Sequence record: PP456877.1
Reading direction: 5' to 3' (one strand)
Length of the DNA: 64,000 bases
Below the pieces are notes generated by a model, which was given only the letters and a program-made list of their open reading frames with translations, was not told the origin of the DNA and searched no databases. Positions within the stretch are counted from its first letter, which is position 1. Each line of letters begins with the position of its first letter. Position numbers and translations under genes: made by a program. This document shows, in pieces, positions 1 through 9,181 of the stretch.

Positions 1-2
1 AT

Positions 3-785
3 TTCTTTATGGAATGCATTAATCTTATCTTGGACTAGTTTAATATAATCCTCATCATTAATAATACTTTGTTTATCTGAAATAACAATCTTATCTACAG
101 TATCGCCTTCAGCACATAGTCTTTCATATACCTCAGTGCGGATAAATGTATTAACTGCGATATATGTATTTTCTGTTACTTGTGTAGCTTGTGCACTATA
201 AATATCACTAATACAGTAATTAGGTTTATATGGACCAAATGGATCAATAATATCTTTAATAGATACACTCTTTTTTGGTAGAACATGGGGTGTTTCTAAA
301 AATGAAACACTGTCATGTGCATCAATATCTAAATACTTATTGACTAGTGGGGCAACGCGGTTGAATGCCTCTTCATAGATAGCATACATGTAGCCACGGT
401 AATCTGGTAAAGACGCATAATAATTACGCTGAACAACAGTCTCGCAACTACTAACATAATTATAAAAAATATCTGCGTGCCTTAAAACATTATTAAATTC
501 ATCTACGCCTAGAATTGAACTAATCCAACTAACATCATTATCGTGGATAAATATAGCTAAACGAAGGTTTTGCCGTTTTGGATTAGTTTCATCTTGGAAT
601 GGATATGTTGTATATAGCTCAGTGATAGCTTGTTTAACTACATCAGGTGATTCATTGAAAAATTCTTTTGAGAATTGATCAATTGACATATTTTGTCTTT
701 GCTGATATAGTTCATTAATACGTGCTTCTACTTGCACAAGGAAGTTAATCTTTTTACTGATTTTAAGGCTATGTTCAGTATGCAT
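3..785 (-). CDS. Partial gene, 3' end beyond window; probably the phiKZ gp174-like virion protein
   Basis: Not in the ORF track. Hand translation from ATG at 785 (MHTEHSLKISKKINFLVQVEAR...) stays open for 261 codons to the window edge. The ATG sits 4 nt after the upstream stop. Identity rests on gene order only. Confidence 0.7.
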   Translation of the reverse strand, partial: MHTEHSLKISKKINFLVQVEARINELYQQRQNMSIDQFSKEFFNESPDVVKQAITELYTTYPFQDETNPKRQNLRLAIFIHDNDVSWISSILGVDEFNNVLRHADIFYNYVSSCETVVQRNYYASLPDYRGYMYAIYEEAFNRVAPLVNKYLDIDAHDSVSFLETPHVLPKKSVSIKDIIDPFGPYKPNYCISDIYSAQATQVTENTYIAVNTFIRTEVYERLCAEGDTVDKIVISDKQSIINDEDYIKLVQDKINAFHKE

Positions 786-789
786 TAAG

Positions 790-1281
790 TTATCTCTGTT
801 TGATTGATTTAATAACATCACAAACAATTTCAAACCATTCTTTTTCTTGAATGGTTAGGTTTGCTCCTGATAAAACTAATGGACCAAAACTTTTTGCTTT
901 AAATAAAACGAATGGTCGACTATTAAGATTTAATAATAGGGTATCACGAAGGATATTGGTAAGTCCATCTACGTATTGATACTTTAAACCATAGTCTAAT
1001 TTATAATGGGAATTAACCTCTGGTTGAAGAAAAGCCTTTTCTTTTTTACCAGTGATGAGATACATCCGAAGACCTTTGAATGAAAAGAAATTCTCATTAT
1101 CAAGTGTGGTCTTCTTCTCTTTTCCATTAAACTGAAATAGATCAGGGAGCGGTGTATTACCGCTCTGATCTACAATGATGCTATCTACAGGATAATTATT
1201 TTGTACCCATGGGGTTTCTGGATTATTCATTTGAATTAGGCTCCACCCAATGAGGATCAGGTACAGGAACAATATGCACAC
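790..1281 (-). CDS. Hypothetical protein with N-terminal transmembrane/signal segment
   Basis: GTG start preceded by AGAGGA; hydrophobic N-terminus ILFLYLILIGWSLI. Confidence 0.7.
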   Translation of the reverse strand: MCILFLYLILIGWSLIQMNNPETPWVQNNYPVDSIIVDQSGNTPLPDLFQFNGKEKKTTLDNENFFSFKGLRMYLITGKKEKAFLQPEVNSHYKLDYGLKYQYVDGLTNILRDTLLLNLNSRPFVLFKAKSFGPLVLSGANLTIQEKEWFEIVCDVIKSIKQR

Positions 1282-1984
1282 TGTCCTCTAGTTTATCTCG
1301 AAGATTAGGATCATCAGTCCATTGTAGAGAAAGAGTGTATCTCTCCTCTTTAGGCCGTAGTAGTAGGAATCCACGTCTTAATGTATTCCAAGACATATTG
1401 GGCGATAGTAAACCACGCCTTTGTGTATTAGCCAATGAGGTAAGTTTCTTTTTATCCAATCCTACAAGGTTGACTGGATTATTTAAAAACTCTTCCCATA
1501 GCTTATCCCACTTCTCCTGGTTAATTCCTTCTTTCCAGAGAATATGCCTATACAGATGGGCCATTGTAGTTGTAGCTGGTTTTTGATTCTTAAAAATTTC
1601 ACATTCTTCATAGGGGAAATCATTTGCAGAGCAAGTTACCTCATCTTCAGTTGGATCGATATTGATCGTATAAACTGAATCAGGTTTTGATGTACCCCAA
1701 ATCAGACGTACCTCTAATGTTGCTTTAACAGGTGATAAGAAATCAATAGCTTTCTTAAAGCCATCCCAACTCATTGTATCAGCTTTAAGTGCTTTATTAA
1801 GATTACCTTTATCTGGGTTATTCTTGTTATGTGGTTTTTGAAAGTATGCATTCAAACGTTTATCCCAAGCAAACTGTGTCATATTACGCCACAGTAGTAC
1901 TTCCCGGAAAACATAACACAAAACCCCTTCTGCCTGCCTTAATCCTTTTTGAGGATCGCTTAATAAGTCTTTTACAGATTCCAT
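1223..1984 (-). CDS. Hypothetical protein with an internally duplicated domain
   Basis: 253 aa; the two halves share the pattern (Y/F)RxxL...WDK...N...MSW...(F/L)L.P...W. Confidence 0.8.
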   Translation of the reverse strand: MESVKDLLSDPQKGLRQAEGVLCYVFREVLLWRNMTQFAWDKRLNAYFQKPHNKNNPDKGNLNKALKADTMSWDGFKKAIDFLSPVKATLEVRLIWGTSKPDSVYTINIDPTEDEVTCSANDFPYEECEIFKNQKPATTTMAHLYRHILWKEGINQEKWDKLWEEFLNNPVNLVGLDKKKLTSLANTQRRGLLSPNMSWNTLRRGFLLLRPKEERYTLSLQWTDDPNLRDKLEDSVHIVPVPDPHWVEPNSNE

Positions 1985-2054
1985 CTTTTTTACACCTACG
2001 GTGAATTGATAATAAACACACTTTATATTAATTTATACTTGTATAGTCTGCACC

Positions 2055-2579
2055 TCATAGTAACTTAATAATTGCTCTTGATAGTTCAATAATATCATAG
2101 TACATTCTATCCATCTGGCGCTGATATGCTTGATGGTTAATCTGTTCAAGATATTCAGTTTGTTGCCAAATTAAGTCACGCATAGTTTCAATAGATTTAC
2201 ATACATCAATAAAACTATCATTACTGTTTATAAAATATTCATCAAGGTCAATTGATTTCCTGTCGATAAACTCAGTACGACACATTTCACTAATCTTTAG
2301 ATCATCTTCATTTGCAATATGATCATTTAACCTAGTTAGAGCATCTAATAAATAACCAATACTGTAATGTCTTAGATAGACAGGAACACCTATCATCTTC
2401 CTGATGGTCAGAGTTTTTAATTCATCCAGATTAATTAATTGCCAGAAATTATTAATAGCTTTTAATCGTTCTTCACCTGAAATAATATCTTTATCTATCC
2501 GTTCTAATTCAGTTAGAAGTTGTTCTTTACCAACTTCCTTTTGGAAGCCCCGGAAATATTGAATAAGTTTCTTAAACAT
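2055..2579 (-). CDS. Hypothetical helical protein
   Basis: 174 aa ORF, ATG start, codon usage matches neighbours. Confidence 0.75.
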   Translation of the reverse strand: MFKKLIQYFRGFQKEVGKEQLLTELERIDKDIISGEERLKAINNFWQLINLDELKTLTIRKMIGVPVYLRHYSIGYLLDALTRLNDHIANEDDLKISEMCRTEFIDRKSIDLDEYFINSNDSFIDVCKSIETMRDLIWQQTEYLEQINHQAYQRQMDRMYYDIIELSRAIIKLL

Positions 2580-2658
2580 GATATAGGACCTATTTTTCAG
2601 ATACTTAGCATATGGTAAGTATGTTAGGTATTACTATTACTAATTAGAGGATAATAAA

Positions 2659-3174
2659 ATGTTCCATGGTGCAGATTTATCTGATGAGCCTTTAGAAAAG
2701 AAATCATCAACTACAGAAGAAAAGGTATATGCTGATCTAGAATATGAGCAGCAGATACGGTATACACAATCAGTTAAAGAGAAAGTACTAAAAGCTGTAT
2801 TAGAAAATACAACTGGTAAAGTACCTACTGATAAAGAATCAGTTGATATGATTCTTAAATTAACAGATTCAATGGATAAGACAACAATTGCTAACCGTCG
2901 TATTCAAGTTGATTCTGAGGGTGCACGCTCTAACCGTGAACTTGCTGAAGGCTTTGCTGAATTCGTTAAGATGCAAATGAACCGTAATCCATTAATACGT
3001 GATCCGAATGATGTCCCTGCAACACCACGTGAGATTCCAGATATTCCTGATGAGGAATTTGAGAATTACACTATTGAAGAAGGTGAAACTGAAATCGGTA
3101 TCATCATGGAGGAATCCAATGCATTTATGGAGCGGATGGATGCTGCACGAGAAAAAGAATTAGAAAACGATTGA
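2659..3174 (+). CDS. Acidic hypothetical protein
   Basis: 171 aa; GAGGA RBS; followed by a hairpin. Confidence 0.8.
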   Translation: MFHGADLSDEPLEKKSSTTEEKVYADLEYEQQIRYTQSVKEKVLKAVLENTTGKVPTDKESVDMILKLTDSMDKTTIANRRIQVDSEGARSNRELAEGFAEFVKMQMNRNPLIRDPNDVPATPREIPDIPDEEFENYTIEEGETEIGIIMEESNAFMERMDAAREKELEND

Positions 3175-3189
3175 TATTAACGACATATA

Positions 3190-3216
3190 GCCCTCCCGTA
3201 ATGGGAGGGCGTTATG
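3190..3216. terminator. Bidirectional hairpin terminator
   Basis: GCCCTCCC-gtaat-GGGAGGGC followed by gTTATG, between convergent genes. Confidence 0.8.
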
Positions 3217-3219
3217 CAC

Positions 3220-3918
3220 TTAATACAAATCGATATCTAATACATCACCAACTGTATTTACGATTACTTCAACAGGTGGTAGCTCAATATTACCAATTGA
3301 TTTCTTAATAACATTCATTTGGTTAATAACTTGATTATGATCAGATGTTACTTTAAGAGCTAATAGTCCAATAGCAGTTAAACTTACGATTGCAGTTGAG
3401 TTATCTGAAATAGTTTCATATGCAGCTTTACCTACTTTCTTAATAGTTTTAAATAGAGTAGGTTTATTTTGACGAATTAGTTTTCGTTCTTTTGCTTTAG
3501 CTAGCTCATCATCAAATTCTTTATTAAAGCTACGGCGTTTACTCCAATCATAAACACCTGGTGAAACTTCTTCAAAATTGGAAGAGATTGCACCAAAATC
3601 ACTAGCATGGCTAAACATCCATTTAAAGATAAAGCGATTAGAAAGAACCCACGCCTGTAGATTAGTTTCTGCATCGTTGATTAGTTTAATAGCATCGCTT
3701 CCAGTAGCCACTTGGCCATTAGCTTTAACAAATAAAATCAGTCTTACAGTAGTACCATTGATTACTGTGTTATTCACATTTGCAATCCTGGTATAAATTT
3801 CTTTAATAATTCGCTTTTGTTTATCTAAATCAGCACCATTTAAACGAATATTAAATTGACGGTCTAATACGGCCATTGCAGTTTCCTCTAGGGTTATTGT
3901 ACCTAAAGTATACTGCAT
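3220..3918 (-). CDS. Early hypothetical protein with one hydrophobic segment near the C-terminus
   Basis: 232 aa; TAIVSLTAIGLLALKV. Confidence 0.75.
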   Translation of the reverse strand: MQYTLGTITLEETAMAVLDRQFNIRLNGADLDKQKRIIKEIYTRIANVNNTVINGTTVRLILFVKANGQVATGSDAIKLINDAETNLQAWVLSNRFIFKWMFSHASDFGAISSNFEEVSPGVYDWSKRRSFNKEFDDELAKAKERKLIRQNKPTLFKTIKKVGKAAYETISDNSTAIVSLTAIGLLALKVTSDHNQVINQMNVIKKSIGNIELPPVEVIVNTVGDVLDIDLY

Positions 3919-3925
3919 GACCGTA

Positions 3926-4354
3926 TTATTTTAATTTTTTACATGCTTTATAAAACCGTGTACCAACGTACAAAATAAACCCGCCAATAACAGCAACTGA
4001 TGTGATTGTTTCCAGCGGCATGCGCTTAGCGGGTTCTTCAATTGGTACTGTAACAGCTGGTAATTCAATTCTTTTCTCAATAACTTTTTTACCAGTTAAC
4101 TTATAATAAACATCTGGTTCTAATGTTATCGATTCAAGAATCTGATTACTACATGGATAGCGTGTGACGCCTCCATGTCCATCTGCAACATAGAAGCTGA
4201 ATGTATCGCCTACACGATGTAAGTCAACCACACTACCCATATATGTCATATGAGCTGGATAGAGTTCTGCCTTGACCTTTCCATCGTTGAATAAGTCAAT
4301 GACGGAACTCTTCTTTAGCTCACCCATTAAGTTTGCTAAAGTGAATGCCGCCAT
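3926..4354 (-). CDS. Early tail-anchored membrane protein
   Basis: 142 aa; C-terminal ITSVAVIGGFILYVGTRFYKACKKLK. Confidence 0.75.
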   Translation of the reverse strand: MAAFTLANLMGELKKSSVIDLFNDGKVKAELYPAHMTYMGSVVDLHRVGDTFSFYVADGHGGVTRYPCSNQILESITLEPDVYYKLTGKKVIEKRIELPAVTVPIEEPAKRMPLETITSVAVIGGFILYVGTRFYKACKKLK

Positions 4355-4372
4355 TAGCGATAACCCTATTAT

Positions 4373-4579
4373 TTAATCGACTTGTTGAGCACTATCATCA
4401 ATATCGATTTTATCTAGCTCATCAGTTAGAATATCTACTTCACTGTCTAGTACCGCATCATCATCAGCTACGGTGTCATCAATAACGGTTGATTTAGAAA
4501 CGGCCTTATATAGATTAATAGCGGCAACAGCGAGGGCACCAGTTGAGATAATTGCAGCTGCGATCTTTAGTACTTTCAT
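4373..4579 (-). CDS. Small early protein with N-terminal TM helix and very acidic tail
   Basis: 68 aa; AGGA RBS; MKVLKIAAAIISTGALAVAAINLYKAV followed by an Asp-rich C-terminus. Confidence 0.75.
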   Translation of the reverse strand: MKVLKIAAAIISTGALAVAAINLYKAVSKSTVIDDTVADDDAVLDSEVDILTDELDKIDIDDSAQQVD

Positions 4580-4633
4580 TTTCTATTTTTCCTAATCATT
4601 AAGTTTTAATAAGTATCCAATATAGATACATGT

Positions 4634-4669
4634 CTGTAATATAGATCTTAAACTTTTTTTAGTGTAATA
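4634..4669 (-). promoter_or_regulatory. phiKZ-type early (virion RNAP) promoter
   Basis: Minus strand reads TATTACACTAAAAAAAGTTTAAGATCTATATTACAG, containing the known early motif TATATTAC; 35/36 identical to 56341-56376. Confidence 0.8.
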
Positions 4670-4690
4670 AAAAAATTAATGCGATATAAA

Positions 4691-4717
4691 CCCCCTCCCG
4701 AAGGAGAGGGTAATATG
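4691..4717. terminator. Hairpin terminator
   Basis: CCCTCCC-gaa-GGaGAGGG followed by taaTATG. Confidence 0.65.
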
Positions 4718-4721
4718 TATA

Positions 4722-5117
4722 TCAGTATTCCATCGAAGTTAATACTCGATAATGATCTAATAGTAAATCAATAACAGAGTAAAAAGAATCACAGTTGAAT
4801 TGCGTATCTATATTTGCAGATACTCCAGTAATACGATTGATAATATGGAGACACTTAATATCTCCACCACGTTGTCTGATAAAAACAACTGCCCACACTG
4901 GCCACGTACTATCTGGTGTGGTGTCTTGAATAACTAATCTGTAATACCCATCATTTACTGTTTCAATGGATGCTTGGATTGGATCATCTGTATAAGCCGA
5001 TTCTACTTGAACATATTGATCATTATAATAAAACATTTCCTTAATAAGTTTAGCACAGGCATGTAATGTCTCCATTACCTTAGCTGAACTATTTGGATTA
5101 TATTGTTGATTAAACAT
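4722..5117 (-). CDS. Early hypothetical protein
   Basis: 131 aa; AGAGG RBS; downstream of a TATATTAC motif. Confidence 0.75.
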   Translation of the reverse strand: MFNQQYNPNSSAKVMETLHACAKLIKEMFYYNDQYVQVESAYTDDPIQASIETVNDGYYRLVIQDTTPDSTWPVWAVVFIRQRGGDIKCLHIINRITGVSANIDTQFNCDSFYSVIDLLLDHYRVLTSMEY

Positions 5118-5151
5118 GTCATTAACCTCTTAAGATATTGTATGCATAGTA

Positions 5152-5183
5152 GTAATATATATCTTAATTATTTTTTAGTGTAG
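5152..5183 (-). promoter_or_regulatory. phiKZ-type early promoter
   Basis: TATATTAC on the minus strand at 5152-5159, preceded by an A-tract and ATTAAGAT, similar to the copy at 4634. Confidence 0.7.
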
Positions 5184-5208
5184 TTGTGAAAACTTAGAGG
5201 AATATACG

Positions 5209-5385
5209 ATGCCTAGTAAAAGTAAAAAACAACATAACTTCATGGCTGCTGTAGCCAATGATAAGAAGTTTGCTAAGAAAGTTGGTGTACCACAATCAGT
5301 TGGTAAAGACTTTGTTGAGGCTGATAAAAATAAAAAGAGTTTTGAAAGTGTTTCACTTAATAGCACTTATAAAGATAGTTACTAA
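5209..5385 (+). CDS. Small basic protein (58 aa) missed by the ORF track
   Basis: AGAGGA RBS; MPSKSKKQHNFMAAVANDKKFAKKVGVPQSVGKDFVEADKNKKSFESVSLNSTYKDSY*; terminator 6 nt after the stop. Confidence 0.85.
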   Translation: MPSKSKKQHNFMAAVANDKKFAKKVGVPQSVGKDFVEADKNKKSFESVSLNSTYKDSY

Positions 5386-5391
5386 TATAAT

Positions 5392-5417
5392 GCCCTCCCA
5401 TTGCGGGAGGGCTTATG
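5392..5417. terminator. Bidirectional hairpin terminator
   Basis: GCCCTCCC-attgc-GGGAGGGC-TTATG. Confidence 0.8.
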
Positions 5418-5427
5418 TTGCTTATAA

Positions 5428-7920
5428 TTATTTTAATACTAGATTTTTATTAAATACTTCTGGAGTACTAATATTAGCTGGATCAAGTACAATAAATTCA
5501 GCTTGGTTAAATGCACCGTGTGTTGATTCAAAGTGGCTGATGAAGAACACTTGATTAACAATGCCATTTTCAATTAACCTGTTAATGAATGGAATAGCAT
5601 TGGCTCGATGTTGTTCATCAAAAGTCCTGCTAAATTCATCTAAGAAAAGGGGCATGTCATCTAGATGTAAAAATTTCAAGATAGCCATTCTAAAAGCAAA
5701 ATCAACAATCTCTAATTGTGAGTCAGACCCGTATTCAATGTCCGGTGGCTGAACGTCACCACCTGCAATATGCATTGGGAACTTATAATCCATGCCATCT
5801 TTGTCAACATTAGAAGGTAATACTTCTAACCTATAAGTCCAAATCTCATTGATGTATGCATTTACTAGTTTAACTACTCCTTGTAAGAAACCTAATAAAT
5901 AGCGACCAAGAATACCACTTTTTGGTGATAATGCTTTTTCAAGAATAGCTAAATCAGTAGCCATTTGTTGCGCATGGTTAACTTCTGATTCTAAAACTTT
6001 AATACGTTCTTCATGACGTTCCATTTCACTTAAACGACTATGCACACTAGATAGTTCTAAGTTAACAGCATCAATCTCTGCTTGGTATGCCTTATCTACA
6101 AAGTTATCAGCTGTATCCACTATCTTTTTAATAAACTGCTCCCATCGTTCAATAAAAGAATGATACTTATCTTCCCATTCACGAATAGCATTACCAGCTT
6201 TATTGAAATGAGATGCTTTTCTTTGTAAGTCAGCTGCTACATGTGTTTTATTATTAATTTCAGTTTCTAGTGCAGTTGTACGTGCCTTAATGAACCCTAA
6301 TGCATCTTGATCCATCTCAGCAATAACACGTAGTCGTTGAGCTAATAAAGTAGCTTCCGCATGAGCTTGCTTAGAGACAATGAGTTGCTGCATTGCATCT
6401 CGCCAGTCTAATGCATCATTTATATATTTTGCTGGTGTGCGATACATTACGACATGTTCAGCTACATAGTTCCATAATGTATCAAATTCGTTATACTCTT
6501 TCGTTAATTGAACGTAGCCATGTACATAACTTACATATTCATTGAAGTCAGTCATGTACTGTTCAAGAACCTTGATCTCATTTGAACAGCTATCCATCGC
6601 TTCATCTAACTTAGCTTTACGCTCTTCTGCTATTGTGATATCTTGTTCACTAACACCAGGTTTAAATGAATGAGTGCATGATGGGCAAGTAATAGATGCG
6701 CATTCCTTAAATGAATTTAGGCGTTGATTAATTTGTAAATACATGCCTTCCATGGTTGAGTATTTACTTTTTAATTCTTTTAGCCTTTCTGCATTTTTAA
6801 TAGCAGTTTCTTTACTTAAGTAACCATTCTCATTATTAGGAAATGTAGTGAGAAGTTTGATCCAACGATCTGAGAGATCAGTAAGTTTACCAGATGGATC
6901 ACCGTTAACAGAAATGTCAACCAAAGGAAATCTACCGGTATACTTCTTATATTTACTAATAGCTTCTTCAGCAATGCGTGTATGATGTTCATGTCTGTCC
7001 TTAAGTTCTTGTATTTCTTCTGGAGACATACGTTCAGCTGTATTCGGATTAGAGCTTTTTAATTCTTCTAATTCTTCAACTAAACGTGCAATAACTGCTT
7101 GTATAGATTTATATTCTTCAATCTTCTTATTATTTAGTTCTAAGAAAGATTCATACCCATCTACTTTAACTTGAATAGGTAACATTGGAAATGACATTAA
7201 CAATGAACGAGCTTCATCTAAGATAGAATCTAATTCTTTACGTGCAGTGGTTTCATCTCTAAAATGAAGGACACCTTTCTTATCACGTGTTTTATAAAGT
7301 AAATCAATACGACTAACTAACCGTTGTTTCACTTCTTTCAACTGTGTCATTTCTGAATCATTCAATACCCCATGGTGTTCTGTGACCAATCGCTTATTAA
7401 TTGTTTTAACAGTACCTTGCTGGTTAGATAATTCTTTACGTACTTTGTTATAAACATTAAATGCATAATCAAGGTTAACTACAGACATTCTAGTTAACCA
7501 TGCTTTACGTTCATTAGGTTTTAACTTTGTAAAACGCATCTTACCTGTCAACATTTCATGCAGTTCTCGGTTTAACCCGAAATGCGCCATTACAAGTTCT
7601 TCTTGTTCTTTAAAGGTATGACCACTATTTAATTCTTCATCATTACATAAAAAGGAATGATGTCCAGTGCCACGGTTATATTTAGAAATTAATTTATAGT
7701 CTTTACCATTTGCATGACAATGGAAATGTTTCTCGCCACCTTGCTTGAAGTTTGAACTGCTAGATACAACAGGTGTCAGTTCACTAATAATAGATGATTT
7801 GCCAGAACCATTACTACCAAGTATAACCATCATCTGTTTGCTTGGAGTCCATTCAAAATAATGTGTATTATTGGCCATCAACCTAGTATAGCCAATTAGC
7901 TTAAGTAGCTTGATCTGCAT
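5428..7920 (-). CDS. sbcC: SbcC/Rad50-like SMC-family ATPase (phiKZ gp165-like)
   Basis: Walker A GSNGSGKS, long coiled coils, zinc hook CPSC, Walker B LFLDE. Confidence 0.92.
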   Translation of the reverse strand: MQIKLLKLIGYTRLMANNTHYFEWTPSKQMMVILGSNGSGKSSIISELTPVVSSSSNFKQGGEKHFHCHANGKDYKLISKYNRGTGHHSFLCNDEELNSGHTFKEQEELVMAHFGLNRELHEMLTGKMRFTKLKPNERKAWLTRMSVVNLDYAFNVYNKVRKELSNQQGTVKTINKRLVTEHHGVLNDSEMTQLKEVKQRLVSRIDLLYKTRDKKGVLHFRDETTARKELDSILDEARSLLMSFPMLPIQVKVDGYESFLELNNKKIEEYKSIQAVIARLVEELEELKSSNPNTAERMSPEEIQELKDRHEHHTRIAEEAISKYKKYTGRFPLVDISVNGDPSGKLTDLSDRWIKLLTTFPNNENGYLSKETAIKNAERLKELKSKYSTMEGMYLQINQRLNSFKECASITCPSCTHSFKPGVSEQDITIAEERKAKLDEAMDSCSNEIKVLEQYMTDFNEYVSYVHGYVQLTKEYNEFDTLWNYVAEHVVMYRTPAKYINDALDWRDAMQQLIVSKQAHAEATLLAQRLRVIAEMDQDALGFIKARTTALETEINNKTHVAADLQRKASHFNKAGNAIREWEDKYHSFIERWEQFIKKIVDTADNFVDKAYQAEIDAVNLELSSVHSRLSEMERHEERIKVLESEVNHAQQMATDLAILEKALSPKSGILGRYLLGFLQGVVKLVNAYINEIWTYRLEVLPSNVDKDGMDYKFPMHIAGGDVQPPDIEYGSDSQLEIVDFAFRMAILKFLHLDDMPLFLDEFSRTFDEQHRANAIPFINRLIENGIVNQVFFISHFESTHGAFNQAEFIVLDPANISTPEVFNKNLVLK

Positions 7921-7969
7921 GATTAACCCTTAATAATGTCTTACTCTATAGAGTTAATAACCCTAGTAA

Positions 7970-9142
<1,173 letters not shown>

Positions 9143-9146
9143 AGAA

Positions 9147-9178
9147 CATAATGCCCTCCCACTATGGGAGGGCTTATG
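9147..9178. terminator. Bidirectional hairpin terminator
   Basis: CATAat-GCCCTCCCA-cta-TGGGAGGGC-TTATG. Confidence 0.8.
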
Positions 9179-9181
9179 CTG

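Noticed and set aside
5175-5554. ORF-track calls 5175-5366 (-) and 5258-5554 (+)
   Set aside because: They overlap the better-supported 58-aa gene, a terminator and the sbcC 3' end.
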